From positions 1-24,142 of the forward strand of contig JBNKCR010000024.1 of the NCBI GenBank assembly GCA_050287845.1: 24,142 nt of DNA, given 5' to 3'. This DNA comes from Polyangia bacterium. GTDB lineage: Bacteria > Myxococcota_A > Polyangia > JAAYKL01. How positions within the stretch are numbered: position 1 is the stretch's first letter; every line of letters starts with the position of its first letter. Positions 10,541-20,262 of this stretch are shown here, piece after piece. The notes under the pieces are model-generated. The model saw only the letters and a program-made list of their open reading frames with translations, was not told the origin of the DNA and searched no databases. The translations under genes and the position numbers were made by a program.

Positions 10541-11611
10541 GTGATTGTTTGTCCGAAATGTTCAAAAGAAAACCAGGACCATTACAAGTTCTGTCTTGGT
10601 TGCGGTTCAGATTTGCCCCGTGCTGAAGTCCCGACCTCCGCAACTCCTCCTGCCGGAATTGCTGCCGCAGAGGTGATGGCGGAAGACGCAATGGATGCGG
10701 GCCACAGGTCCACTCCGGTATCAGATACCGACGATTATAATGCAACATCTCTCGACCCGATGAACCAGGTCGTCGCAGGTTCAACCGGCGGAATGGCACC
10801 AACAACGCCTTCTCCGCCGCCGACCGAAGAAGATTCAGCGCCCGGTCCTTCCGGCACCACCTGTGCCAACTGTGGTGCCGGCATTCCTCCCGGGTTCGCG
10901 TTCTGTGGTTCCTGTGGTACCCCCATTGGCGGACCTGCACCGCATCCCCAGGCGGCGATGCCCGTCAGTGCGCAGCAACAGCAGGCTGCTTCACTCATCC
11001 TGATCCAGCCAGATGGCAGCGAAGGCGGTATCGTTGAAATCCCCGATTCCGACGTTGCCGTTGGCCGCGATGCCGGTGGTTTTTTTGAAACCGATGCATA
11101 TCTGTCTCCGCGCCACGCGGTATTCCGTGCGCAGGATGGCCAAATACTATGCAGAGACGAAATCAGTCTGAACGGCGTATTCAAGAAAATCATGCCCAAT
11201 GTCCCGGCAGAAATTAAATCCGGAGATGTATTCCGAATGGGACAGGAACTGGTGCTGTTTGAGGCAATCGACCGTGGTGCGGACGGGCCCGACGGTACAC
11301 GGCGAATGGGCTCGCCCATTGAAGGATTGTGGGGAAGAATCTCGCTTATCGTTGGCAAAGGCCGGCTTGGAAATGCTTTTCCCATTGGCGGAGAGGGCGT
11401 CATCTGCGGGCGGGAACGCGGTAATATTCTGTTCCCCGAAGACGGCTATATCTCCGGCGTCCATATGCGGATTCATTCTGAAAACGGCAAGTATTTCCTC
11501 ACAGATCTGGGTAGCTCCAACGGCAGCTATCTCAGACTGAAAGGCGAAACTGCACTGAATAACGGCGATTTCATTCTGATGGGGGCGCAGTTATTCCGCA
11601 TTCAGACCTGA
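10541..11611 (+). CDS. Zinc-ribbon + Pro/Ala-rich linker + tandem FHA domain protein
   Basis: AGGAGG precedes the GTG start. CPKC..FCLGCG and CANCG..FCGSCG ribbons. FHA1 VGRD...SPRHA...SLNG; FHA2 CGRE...SGVH...SSNGSY. Confidence 0.9.
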   Translation: MIVCPKCSKENQDHYKFCLGCGSDLPRAEVPTSATPPAGIAAAEVMAEDAMDAGHRSTPVSDTDDYNATSLDPMNQVVAGSTGGMAPTTPSPPPTEEDSAPGPSGTTCANCGAGIPPGFAFCGSCGTPIGGPAPHPQAAMPVSAQQQQAASLILIQPDGSEGGIVEIPDSDVAVGRDAGGFFETDAYLSPRHAVFRAQDGQILCRDEISLNGVFKKIMPNVPAEIKSGDVFRMGQELVLFEAIDRGADGPDGTRRMGSPIEGLWGRISLIVGKGRLGNAFPIGGEGVICGRERGNILFPEDGYISGVHMRIHSENGKYFLTDLGSSNGSYLRLKGETALNNGDFILMGAQLFRIQT

Positions 11612-11623
11612 TTGGCGTTTCGC

Positions 11624-12670
11624 TCACGCCGCTGATTTCTTTGAGGGAGGCGTGTCCGTTGCGCTGAAATCATCCACCGGTTCCGAACTCGTCAGCTGTT
11701 TTTCGATTTCATCCGCGATAGATGGATTATCTTTGAGGAACTGACCTGCCTTCTCCTTTCCCTGACCCAGCCGAGTTTCGCCAAACGAATACCAGGTCCC
11801 TGATTTCTGAATGATGCCAGCCTGTTCGCCAAGCTCCAGCAGTTCGTGGATCCGGCAGATGCCTTCGCCATAAATAATATCAAACTCCGCCTGCCGAAAA
11901 GGCGGTGCCAGTTTGTTTTTGATGATTTTCACCCGGGTACGGGCCCCGATCGGATCCTCATCGCCAGCGCTTTTCAGTGTGCCTATCCTGCGCACATCCA
12001 ACCGAACTGAAGCAAAAAACTTCAACGCATTTCCTCCCGTTGTGGTCTCCGGGCTGCCAAACATCACACCAATCTTCTGCCGGGTCTGATTGATGAAGAT
12101 CACAATGGCATTGTGTTTGTTGGCGGCGCCGGTCAGCATGCGCATGGCCTGTGACATCATTCGAGCCTGTGACCCCACATGGTGGTCCCCCACATTTCCC
12201 TCCAGCTCCGCCCGGGGAACGAGAGCGGCGACGGAGTCAACCACCACCAGGTCTATGTTTCCCGAGTTCAAAAGCGCCTGAGTGATGGCCAATGCCTGTT
12301 CTCCGTGATCCGGCTGAGAAATGAGTAGCTCGTCCACCTTCACCCCCAGATTTCTGGCATAGATCGGATCAAGCGCATGTTCCGCATCGATAAATGCACA
12401 GGTTCCTCCTTCCTGCTGCACCCGCGCGATGGCATGCAGCGTCAGTGTGGTTTTTCCTGACGATTCCGGCCCGTAAATTTCCACCAGTCTCCCTCTGGGA
12501 TAGCCGCCCACCTTGAGCGCCATATCGATGGAGAGAGAGCCTGATGACACACAGGGAACTCTGGCAAAACCGGAATTGTCTCCCATTTTCATGATGGTAC
12601 CATCACCAAACTGTTTCTGAATGGATTTGATGGTGGACTCAATGTCCTTCAGTGAATGTTTCATCGCCAT
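11624..12670 (-). CDS. recA: Recombinase RecA
   Basis: [58 protein letters not shown]. Start placed at ATG 12670 after AAGGA. Confidence 0.98.
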   Translation of the reverse strand: MAMKHSLKDIESTIKSIQKQFGDGTIMKMGDNSGFARVPCVSSGSLSIDMALKVGGYPRGRLVEIYGPESSGKTTLTLHAIARVQQEGGTCAFIDAEHALDPIYARNLGVKVDELLISQPDHGEQALAITQALLNSGNIDLVVVDSVAALVPRAELEGNVGDHHVGSQARMMSQAMRMLTGAANKHNAIVIFINQTRQKIGVMFGSPETTTGGNALKFFASVRLDVRRIGTLKSAGDEDPIGARTRVKIIKNKLAPPFRQAEFDIIYGEGICRIHELLELGEQAGIIQKSGTWYSFGETRLGQGKEKAGQFLKDNPSIADEIEKQLTSSEPVDDFSATDTPPSKKSAA

Positions 12671-12707
12671 GTTTTGTTTCCTTTCGTTATACATTACCCG
12701 GCGCAGG

Positions 12708-14231
12708 TTATGGTCCTTTTCTATCCAGGGATCGATAGCCTATAGCTTCTGCCACATGAACGGATTGCAGGTCGGTCTGGTCGTCCAGATCAGCGATGGT
12801 TCTGGCCACCTTGAGAATTCTGGACCATGCCCGTGCCGAAAGTCCAAGACGTTCGATGGCGCTTTCCAGCAGTGTTTTTGATGTCGCATCCAGCTTGCAG
12901 AATCTCTGAATGGCAGAAAGGGACATTTTGCCATTCGCACTGAACCCGTCTTTGCGGAATCGATGAATCTGCCGGGAACGTGCAGCCAGCACCCGATCTC
13001 TTACCAATGAAGAAGATTCTCCCGCTCTTTCGTCCGTCAGCTCCTTCACGCGGACCGACGGCACCTCCACATGAATATCGATCCGGTCAAGCAACGGACC
13101 GGAAATTTTCCCCCGATATCGCTCTACCGACGTCGGCGGGCAGCTGCACGGTCGGTCGCTGGTACCAAAATAACCGCAGGGACATGGGTTCATGCTGGCC
13201 ACCAGATTGAACGCGGCAGGAAACGTGCTGCGCCCCGCAGCCCTGGAAATGGTAATCTCACCTTCCTCAAGGGGCTCCCGAAGGACTTCGAGGACATTGC
13301 GTCGAAATTCCGGTAACTCATCCAGAAACAGTATTCCGTTGTGCGCCAGCGAAACCTCTCCCGGTCTGGGAGGATTGGATCCACCAACAAGTCCGGCGTC
13401 CGAAACCGTATGATGCGGTGACCTGAATGGGCGAACCGTGATGAGCGGATTTGAGGCATCAGTCAGCCCCAGCACCGAATGGGCCCGGGAAACATCGAGC
13501 ATCTCTTCGAATTCCAGGGGCGGCATGATACTGGCAAGTCGACGGGCCAACATGGTTTTCCCGGAGCCGGGGGGGCCAATCATCAGAATATTGTGGGCGC
13601 CGGCAGCGGCAATCTCAAGAGCGCGTTTCGCGTGTTCCTGTCCCTTGACCTCGCACAAATCCACATCACCTGCATATTTTTCGGGCAGATAGGGTGTCAC
13701 CGGGTGGGGAGATACCGATTGCTCTCCCGAAAAATGCATCACGGCATCACTCAGATTCTTCACTGGCAACACATCGACATCACCTATCACTGCAGCTTCC
13801 TGCGCGTTTTCGGCACCAATCATCATTGCGTCACATCCCTTTTCCCGCGCCAGCATCACATATGGCAATGCACCGGGGACAGGTCGGATACTGCCATCCA
13901 GACCCAGCTCCCCAATGATGAGCATCTTTGAGAATGCGGTGGTCTGAATCATTCCCGCAGCGGCAATCACGCCCAGCGCAATGGCCAGGTCAAACGCCGC
14001 GCCACTTTTGCGCAAATCCGCAGGGGCCAGATTCACCGTAATTTTCCGGGGAGGAACCGCATACCCGCAATTGCCGAGAGCCGCCAGTACCCGCACCTTC
14101 GACTCCCGCACCGCGCCTTCCGGAAGCCCCACAATTGCAAATGCGGGCAGTCCCAGCGCCAGATCCACTTCCACCTTCACCTCTTCGGCGTTCACGCCGT
14201 TGAGCGATCCACAGAGTATCGTTGTCAGCAT
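12708..14231 (-). CDS. comM: YifB/ComM family Mg-chelatase-like AAA+ ATPase (competence helicase ComM)
   Basis: [96 protein letters not shown]. Start placed at ATG 14231 after CAGGAG. Confidence 0.93.
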   Translation of the reverse strand: MLTTILCGSLNGVNAEEVKVEVDLALGLPAFAIVGLPEGAVRESKVRVLAALGNCGYAVPPRKITVNLAPADLRKSGAAFDLAIALGVIAAAGMIQTTAFSKMLIIGELGLDGSIRPVPGALPYVMLAREKGCDAMMIGAENAQEAAVIGDVDVLPVKNLSDAVMHFSGEQSVSPHPVTPYLPEKYAGDVDLCEVKGQEHAKRALEIAAAGAHNILMIGPPGSGKTMLARRLASIMPPLEFEEMLDVSRAHSVLGLTDASNPLITVRPFRSPHHTVSDAGLVGGSNPPRPGEVSLAHNGILFLDELPEFRRNVLEVLREPLEEGEITISRAAGRSTFPAAFNLVASMNPCPCGYFGTSDRPCSCPPTSVERYRGKISGPLLDRIDIHVEVPSVRVKELTDERAGESSSLVRDRVLAARSRQIHRFRKDGFSANGKMSLSAIQRFCKLDATSKTLLESAIERLGLSARAWSRILKVARTIADLDDQTDLQSVHVAEAIGYRSLDRKGP

Positions 14232-14288
14232 TCGTACTCTCCTGCTGTTGAATGTTTCGTGCCACAACCGGCAACGGCATGACTTAAC

Positions 14289-14304
14289 CGCAACATTCAT
14301 GCCG
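14289..14304 (-). promoter_or_regulatory. Candidate sigma54 (-24/-12) promoter of comM-recA
   Basis: Minus strand CGGCATG-AATG-TTGCG has GG and GC at the canonical TGGCACG-N4-TTGC spacing, about 60 nt upstream of the comM ATG. Confidence 0.5.
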
Positions 14305-14397
14305 GGCATCAAACACTTGTAAAAACACCGTTTTCTCGATGAAGTACGCGTTGCGCCATGGCCATCCGGAAAAATTGGCCTTTCTCTGGCCGGCATT

Positions 14398-14411
14398 CGA
14401 ACGAAAGTTCG
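14398..14411. promoter_or_regulatory. Palindromic operator resembling a Cheo-type LexA box
   Basis: CGAAC-GAAA-GTTCG in the comM/nitroreductase divergent intergenic region. Confidence 0.4.
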
Positions 14412-14497
14412 CGTCGGGATTTAATAATTAAATCCGAAGATACCAACGGCAATCAAAACATCATTGACAATGAATACGGGATGCTCAGATTAAATTC

Positions 14498-15037
14498 ATG
14501 AATGTGTTTGACGCCATAGAAAGCCGTCGCAGTGTGAGACGTTTCATTGATGAGCCCATCCCTTTGGACACTATTGATGAAGTACTTCGCCTTGCCAACT
14601 TTGCCCCATCTGCCAGCGATGCCCGCCCATGGCGGTTTGTTGTGCTCCATTCAAAGGAACTGCTGCTCGATGCCGCCAGAATCAACCCGTTCGGACAGAT
14701 GGCGGATAAAGCCGCCTGCGGCGTTCTCGTTCTTGGCGATCTGTTCCGGGAGAAACAGAGTGGGTTCTGGGTACAGGACTGTGCAGCCTGTACTACGGTG
14801 CTACTTCTTGCCGCTCATGGAATGGGACTCGGCGCCGTATGGACCGGCATCTATCCGGTGAAGCAGCGGGTGGAACGGTTCAGAGATCTGGTGAATGCCC
14901 CTCTGTCTCTGGTGCCGTTTTCCCTGGTGCTTCTGGGGCAGAGCGACCAGCGCCCCAAGCCTCTGTTTGAAAGAACGCCGCTGGAGAATGTATACTACGA
15001 TGTATTCGGCAATACCGAAGTACCCAGGCCCGGATGA
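14498..15037 (+). CDS. Nitroreductase family protein
   Basis: AIESRRSVRRF, APSASDARPWRF, QDCAA...LLLAAHGMGLGAVWTG. Confidence 0.93.
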   Translation: MNVFDAIESRRSVRRFIDEPIPLDTIDEVLRLANFAPSASDARPWRFVVLHSKELLLDAARINPFGQMADKAACGVLVLGDLFREKQSGFWVQDCAACTTVLLLAAHGMGLGAVWTGIYPVKQRVERFRDLVNAPLSLVPFSLVLLGQSDQRPKPLFERTPLENVYYDVFGNTEVPRPG

Positions 15038-15059
15038 CAGGGCCACAACTCCGTTTCGC

Positions 15060-15093
15060 CCGGATTGAACCCGTCACAGGGTTCCGGTTTTTT
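15060..15093 (+). terminator. Probable intrinsic terminator of the nitroreductase gene
   Basis: GAACCC-gtcaca-GGGTTC stem (15067-15084), extendable by flanking CCG/CGG, followed by T6, about 25 nt after the stop. Confidence 0.6.
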
Positions 15094-15357
15094 CCCTGAC
15101 CGTTTTTTGCACAGAATTTACCAGAGTGAACGCGACGGCTATCCGTCCATCGGAGCCATGCAGCCGACAATCAAAAACCTGCAATCAGTCGAGAAATTGA
15201 GTTCCGTCCCCGATTCTCTTGAGATTCCGTCTTTGCCGTGCAGGGGGCAATCCAGATAGCACAGAACGGGATAACCGCTTACGCGGATGACGAATGGTAC
15301 CTCGTTGATTCGTTGACTCGATGTCTATGCGTTTCTGTTCAGGTGTCGTACCTGTTT

Positions 15358-17682
15358 TCAACAACGCCGTTTCCCCGCTGCACGGTCGAGTTCTTCGCGG
15401 ATGGCCATTCCCAGTTTCTCTAATGTATATGGCTTCTGAACATATCCCCCCGCGCCCAACTGTTGCATCTGTTTCACCCGGCTCGTCTCGGAATAGCCGC
15501 TGGCGATTACCGCCTTTTGTTTTGGATGTATTTCCAGTATTTTCTTATAGGTGTCCAGGCCATCCATGCCTGGCGACATAATCATATCCAACACAACGAT
15601 ATCGACACTGTTGCCTGAAAGAAACGCCACCGCTTCTTCTCCACTGGATGCGGTGTGTACCGAATAATTCAGCTTTGACAAGTACCTTTTTCCGATTTCG
15701 CGCTGTTCAGGAACATCGTCGACGATTAACACCGCCTCTTTTTGTCCCAGGTATTCATCAATCCGCGGTATCTCTTTATGTGTCAGCGGTTCGTCTCGCG
15801 TCGCCGGGAAGTACACGGTAAAACGGGTTCCACTGCCTTCACTGCTTTCCACATCGATTCTCCCATTGTGATCCTCAACCGTCCCCCATACAACTGCCAT
15901 TCCCAGCCCTGATCCGCTTCTTCCCATTGTTTTTTTTGAGAAAAATGGCTCAAATATTTTATCCGCCACATCATTCGACATACCGATGCCATTGTCTGAT
16001 ACTTCAAGTACCACGTAGTCGCCTTCCGAAACCGCTTTTTCATGAAACGATGCGTTGTCAACATAGCAGTTCGATGTCTGGACTTTCACCTCGCCTCCTC
16101 CGGGCATTGCTTCCATGGCATTGGTCACCAGGTTCATAATCATTTTTGACAAATGAACTGGAGAGCCAGTCAGGTAGAGCAAGTCATCCTGAAGTTGTGT
16201 CGTTATCTCAATATTTGGCAGTTGTTGGGCCAGCACGGAAAACTCAGAAGACGAAAAATACTCATTTATGAGACGATTGAGGTCTACTGTCTCCTTTACA
16301 GAAATTCCCCGACGGGAGAGCGTGAGTAGATCCTGTACGACATTGGCGGCTCGAATACCCGATTTTTGAATCATCGTCAGTGGCTTCCGAAGTTCGCTAT
16401 CGGGAGAAAGGTTCAATAAAATCAGCTCGGGAAAACTGACAATTCCGCTTAAAATATTATTCAGGTCGTGGGCGACTCCCCCGGCAACACGTCCAATCGC
16501 TTCCATTTTTTTTGCCTGTTGCAGTTGAGTCTCTAAATTTTTGGTTTCGGTAATGTCGGATAATGACCCACTGATTCGCACCAGCTGTCCCTTCTCCACA
16601 GCGGGCCTGTGTGACGCACGAACCCACCGGATCGCACCATCCCGTGCAATCATTCGAAAGGTCAGCGGTGCAATATCCTTTGTCTGTGCCAACTGGTAGC
16701 CGTTACGGACAATCGACTTGTCACTGTCATGAACAACAGTCGTCAACGGCTGTCCGATAAGATCTGCAGGCAAGTAACCAAGAAGACGCTCAATGGCCGG
16801 GCTGACAAATGTCAACACACCGGCGGTATCCACAACGTAAATGACATCATTAATATTCTCAACCAGTTCACGAAACTTTCGTTCATTTTCCTCAAGGGCA
16901 AATGCGATTGTCTTTCGCTCTGAAATTTCCCTGTTCAGCCGGTCGTTCGCCGCCTTCAGCTCAGCGGTTCGAAGATTCACTTTCTCCTCAATCTGGCTAT
17001 TACTTCTTTCCAGGGCGTCCTGTGCCGCCTTTCGTTCTGAATTTTCCATTTTTAATTCATTGATCAGAGAAAATCGCTCCAGCTGCAGTGAGATGCTATC
17101 TTTTAACAGTCGATTCAGTCTTCGTGCAGTCGCAATCATCAGTACCAGAAACAGAAGAACCAGAGCCCCCATCACCGTACTCAGCTGTGTTTGTTCCATA
17201 AAAAAAGCAACAATGGTTGGCAGCAGTGCCGGCACGGCAAAAGCGACGAATACGGGAAAAGAAACCGCGTAAATGCCAACTGTTCCCGCGACCAATCCTC
17301 CCTGCACAAAGGCAATAAACGGGTAGTATGGCGCTGCGTCCGAGAACACAATCAACACTCCGGCACTTCCCCAGATAAGCCCTGACAAAAAAGTAAAAAT
17401 CACAAAACGATTTCGCCAGTAAACAGTGCGCTCCTCTGGAGCCGATTCCCTTGAGAAACGCCGAATGTCGATGAACCGAAAAATACCGACCACGAACAGG
17501 CATAAAAACCAGCCGAACAACATTTTCCAGGTGGAAATCTGCCCCACAATCAATACAACAACGAGCCCATTAATGGTTGTCCCAATAAGACCAATGATGC
17601 TCTGGGAGTACAACCTCCGGATCTGTTCGGTCTGCAAATCCACCTCGGTGCAACGCATTCGTTCGCCTTTCCAAATCGCCAT
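15358..17682 (-). CDS. Membrane-bound hybrid sensor histidine kinase/response regulator (TM-PAS-HisKA-HATPase-REC)
   Basis: About 5-6 N-terminal TM helices, coiled coil, PAS (LVENINDVIY...FVSPAIERLLGY), H-box GGVAHDLNN, LVTNAMEAM, DNGIGM, FEPFFSKK..GSGLG, and REC LIVDD...DMIM...KPY. An alternative start exists at 17658. Confidence 0.95.
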   Translation of the reverse strand: MAIWKGERMRCTEVDLQTEQIRRLYSQSIIGLIGTTINGLVVVLIVGQISTWKMLFGWFLCLFVVGIFRFIDIRRFSRESAPEERTVYWRNRFVIFTFLSGLIWGSAGVLIVFSDAAPYYPFIAFVQGGLVAGTVGIYAVSFPVFVAFAVPALLPTIVAFFMEQTQLSTVMGALVLLFLVLMIATARRLNRLLKDSISLQLERFSLINELKMENSERKAAQDALERSNSQIEEKVNLRTAELKAANDRLNREISERKTIAFALEENERKFRELVENINDVIYVVDTAGVLTFVSPAIERLLGYLPADLIGQPLTTVVHDSDKSIVRNGYQLAQTKDIAPLTFRMIARDGAIRWVRASHRPAVEKGQLVRISGSLSDITETKNLETQLQQAKKMEAIGRVAGGVAHDLNNILSGIVSFPELILLNLSPDSELRKPLTMIQKSGIRAANVVQDLLTLSRRGISVKETVDLNRLINEYFSSSEFSVLAQQLPNIEITTQLQDDLLYLTGSPVHLSKMIMNLVTNAMEAMPGGGEVKVQTSNCYVDNASFHEKAVSEGDYVVLEVSDNGIGMSNDVADKIFEPFFSKKTMGRSGSGLGMAVVWGTVEDHNGRIDVESSEGSGTRFTVYFPATRDEPLTHKEIPRIDEYLGQKEAVLIVDDVPEQREIGKRYLSKLNYSVHTASSGEEAVAFLSGNSVDIVVLDMIMSPGMDGLDTYKKILEIHPKQKAVIASGYSETSRVKQMQQLGAGGYVQKPYTLEKLGMAIREELDRAAGKRRC

Positions 17683-18043
17683 CGTCGACGGTAATAGGTT
17701 TTCTATAGCAGGACGGTAACACGAGTTTGTATTTACAGCAGATTCGTTTTCACTGTTTTTACCAATCGCCTAACGCAACCCCGTCATGACGACAAATATA
17801 CTCCCGAAACAACCGAACAGCACCTCAATGCTGCCGAGGGGGGTATAGCTCAATTTTTCCTTCCGCTTTGTCTACACCGTTCGGCTGATGCTGTAACGCG
17901 TCCGTTACTCGATGCATTTGCGCCTGGAGTTCCAGTTGTTCCTATCCCTTTGCCCAGATCTGTTCAGGAGTCCGCAATACCCAGCGCAGCAAAACGCAAC
18001 CCGTACAGCACGCGACCAGTTCTGCCAACCCGGATTTGGTCGA

Positions 18044-18071
18044 TTGACATTGGTGGTATCCGCTATACTGT
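18044..18071 (+). promoter_or_regulatory. Candidate sigma70 promoter of the oxidoreductase gene
   Basis: Perfect TTGACA (18044-18049) followed by overlapping TATACT (14-nt spacer) or TACTGT (16-nt spacer). Confidence 0.4.
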
Positions 18072-18109
18072 TGCACACACATCCCGACAAATAACCGAGG
18101 AGAATGAAC

Positions 18110-18664
18110 ATGCAAGACACAGTCGTCATCGCGGGGCACCCTGATTTAAATGGGCAGTCGCTGGCAAACAGAATTATTGTGGACAAACTTAAAACGCTGG
18201 ATAAAACCGAAGTTCGCATCCTGTCTGATCTTTATCCGGACTACAGAATCGATGTTGCAGCCGAACAGGCCGCACTGGTGAAAGCGCAAACAATTGTGCT
18301 GCAGTTTCCCTTTCACTGGTACAGTGTGCCCGGACTCCTCAAAAAGTGGATAGATGACGTGCTTTCCTATGGATTCGCATACGGTAGCACGGGCACCAGA
18401 CTGCAGGGTAAAAACCTCGTGCTGTCATTCACTGTCGGCGGTCCTGAGGAATCGTACGGCAAAAGCGGTTACAACTCATTCACCATTAAAGATATGCTGC
18501 CGCCCCTCATTCAGACCGCCAACCTGTGCGGCATGAAGCTGGCAGAACCAGTGTACTCCCACAGCATGGTCTACATTCCAGATGTTTATAATATTAAAGA
18601 GGAAGTGGAAGCCCGCGCAATTGCCCATGGGGAGAGGCTGGTTTCGGCACTTCAAAGTATTTAA
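18110..18664 (+). CDS. NAD(P)H-dependent oxidoreductase, flavodoxin-like (KefF/KefG/quinone reductase type)
   Basis: GHPDL..SLAN, LYPDYRIDVAAEQ, IVLQFPFHWYSVPGLLKKWIDDVLSYGFAYG...LQGK. GAGGAG lies 7 nt before ATG 18110. Confidence 0.93.
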   Translation: MQDTVVIAGHPDLNGQSLANRIIVDKLKTLDKTEVRILSDLYPDYRIDVAAEQAALVKAQTIVLQFPFHWYSVPGLLKKWIDDVLSYGFAYGSTGTRLQGKNLVLSFTVGGPEESYGKSGYNSFTIKDMLPPLIQTANLCGMKLAEPVYSHSMVYIPDVYNIKEEVEARAIAHGERLVSALQSI

Positions 18665-18871
18665 TTCGAAAAATCAGTTGCCTGGGACGCGAACTGTTGG
18701 CGATGTTGCGCCGAAAAGATTATTTGTTTAATAACCGGGGGGGATTTCGGTTTCAAAGGGGCCGGAAACGAATATGGGGGTTTCGCCCGGTGCATTTCTC
18801 TGGGAAATCTCCAGGGACACAACCCCCTCAATCATGTCGCCTTCGGTGACGCGCAAGGAAGAGACCCCGAG

Positions 18872-19792
18872 ATGAAAATTGACCGATTGCTTGGCATTGT
18901 GCTGCTGCTGTTAAAACGGCGAAAAATGACCGCGCCCGCGCTGGCTGAACACTTCGGCGTTTCGGTGCGTACCATTTACCGGGACATGCAGTCCATTGAA
19001 GCGGCCGGGATTCCCCTGTTGTCTGAAAACGGCGTGGCGGGCGGATTCTCCATTGTGGAAAGCTATTCCCTTGAACGACAGCTATTTTCCCCCGATGACA
19101 TGATCGCCATCGTGAACGCATTGAAAGGGGTGAGTGTCCTCGGCGATGGTCGCCTCCAGGCCACCAGTCAGAAGATGGAGCGACTGATACCCCCCGACGC
19201 GAAAACGTTTTTTGATGAACTGCACGTGGAGCTGTCTCCCTGGGGAGATGCCAAAGGCAATCAGAAACGACTGGAACTGCTGCAGACCGCCGTGGCCAGA
19301 CGCCAGTGTATCCGGTTTACTTACCAGGGAGGCGAACGGAAATTCACCGAACGGGAGGTGGAACCCATGACCCTGGTTTACCGGGGCACCGCCTGGTATC
19401 TGTTCGGATACTGCCGACTGAAAAGCGATTATCGCCTGTTTCGCATCTCGCGCATCCGAAACTGCGTGATGCAACCCGCCCACTTTGAACGGCGGAATGA
19501 AAAATATACGGATTTTGCCAAACGGTCTCATGAATCCGCCATACGCGCCGAAGTGGCCATGACACTTCTGTTTGACCGGGAAGCGCTGTTTATGGTGGAA
19601 GATACCTTTTTTCCAGAACAGATTCACCGACAGCCGGATGGTCGCATAAGGGTGGACGTGTCTCTTCCGGAAGGGGAATGGATTTACAGCATGCTTCTGA
19701 GCTACGGTGGCTATGTGGAAGTGCTGTCCCCGGACTGGGTTCGCCAGAGACTGGCTGACCAGGCGAAACGGCTGTGGCAGAAAAACAAATGA
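18872..19792 (+). CDS. YafY-family HTH + WYL + WCX transcriptional regulator
   Basis: MKIDRLLGI...TAPALAEHFGVSVRTIYRD (HTH_11), REVEPMTLVY...WYLFGYCRLKSDYRLFRISRI (WYL), LLSYGGYVEVLSPDWVR (WCX). Confidence 0.95.
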   Translation: MKIDRLLGIVLLLLKRRKMTAPALAEHFGVSVRTIYRDMQSIEAAGIPLLSENGVAGGFSIVESYSLERQLFSPDDMIAIVNALKGVSVLGDGRLQATSQKMERLIPPDAKTFFDELHVELSPWGDAKGNQKRLELLQTAVARRQCIRFTYQGGERKFTEREVEPMTLVYRGTAWYLFGYCRLKSDYRLFRISRIRNCVMQPAHFERRNEKYTDFAKRSHESAIRAEVAMTLLFDREALFMVEDTFFPEQIHRQPDGRIRVDVSLPEGEWIYSMLLSYGGYVEVLSPDWVRQRLADQAKRLWQKNK

Positions 19793-20169
19793 AATCGATG
19801 AGAAATGCGAAAAAACAGCCAATGAAGCCATATCTGCTCAGAACACCCGGTCCACACTTTTCAACATGCATTCGTTACCTGTCTGCACTGGTTTTCTGAC
19901 TGGTATTCCCTGTGTCAAATGGTGCCGTCGCCAGCGATACCCACTGGCACGGCGCCCCACAATGGGTTTTCAGGACTGGCGCTGTTTCCATACTTCGAAA
20001 TTGCCGACGGGCTGACCGGGCACACCGGACCGTCGTTTCGACTGGGCGGCGGGCAACGTCGTGGCGACCACCTTCTCTTCGGCCATGACCCGGGCCGTCC
20101 GAACTGTTCCATCTTATCCCCATCCTCCCCATCCCCGGTTCACGAGGCTTATTCGCCATCCGCCGCCCA

Positions 20170-20185
20170 TGGCACGGGGAATGCA
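20170..20185 (+). promoter_or_regulatory. Candidate sigma54 promoter
   Basis: TGGCACG-GGGA-ATGCA, near consensus, about 78 nt upstream of the ATG at 20263. Confidence 0.6.
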
Positions 20186-20262
20186 CAAAACACTCCAGAA
20201 TGACTGGAATACGCACGGGTATTCAGAACCCCATGTCTGTGTCTGTGTAAACAGGAGGAATA

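Noticed and set aside
10233..11403. 235-aa and 222-aa minus-strand ORFs
   Set aside because: Antisense to the FHA genes, with no independent support.
14232..14396. N-terminal 55-aa extension of ComM in the ORF track
   Set aside because: Family similarity begins at MLTT, which has a good SD; the extension overlaps promoter-like motifs.
15094..15357. Short ORFs and a weak inverted repeat between the nitroreductase and the kinase
   Set aside because: No SD or motif, and the pairing is too imperfect to call.
17838..17853. GGGGGGTATAGCTCAA resembles a tRNA 5' end
   Set aside because: No D-loop GG, anticodon arm, TTCGA T-loop or complementary acceptor strand follows.
18872..19792. WYL protein as a marker of a phage-defence island
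   Set aside because: It is an ordinary YafY-type regulator, with no CRISPR, CBASS, BREX or restriction genes beside it.
19793..20216. Several overlapping short ORFs downstream of the WYL gene
   Set aside because: No frame shows a recognisable motif or convincing start. It may be a decayed fragment but cannot be supported without a search.
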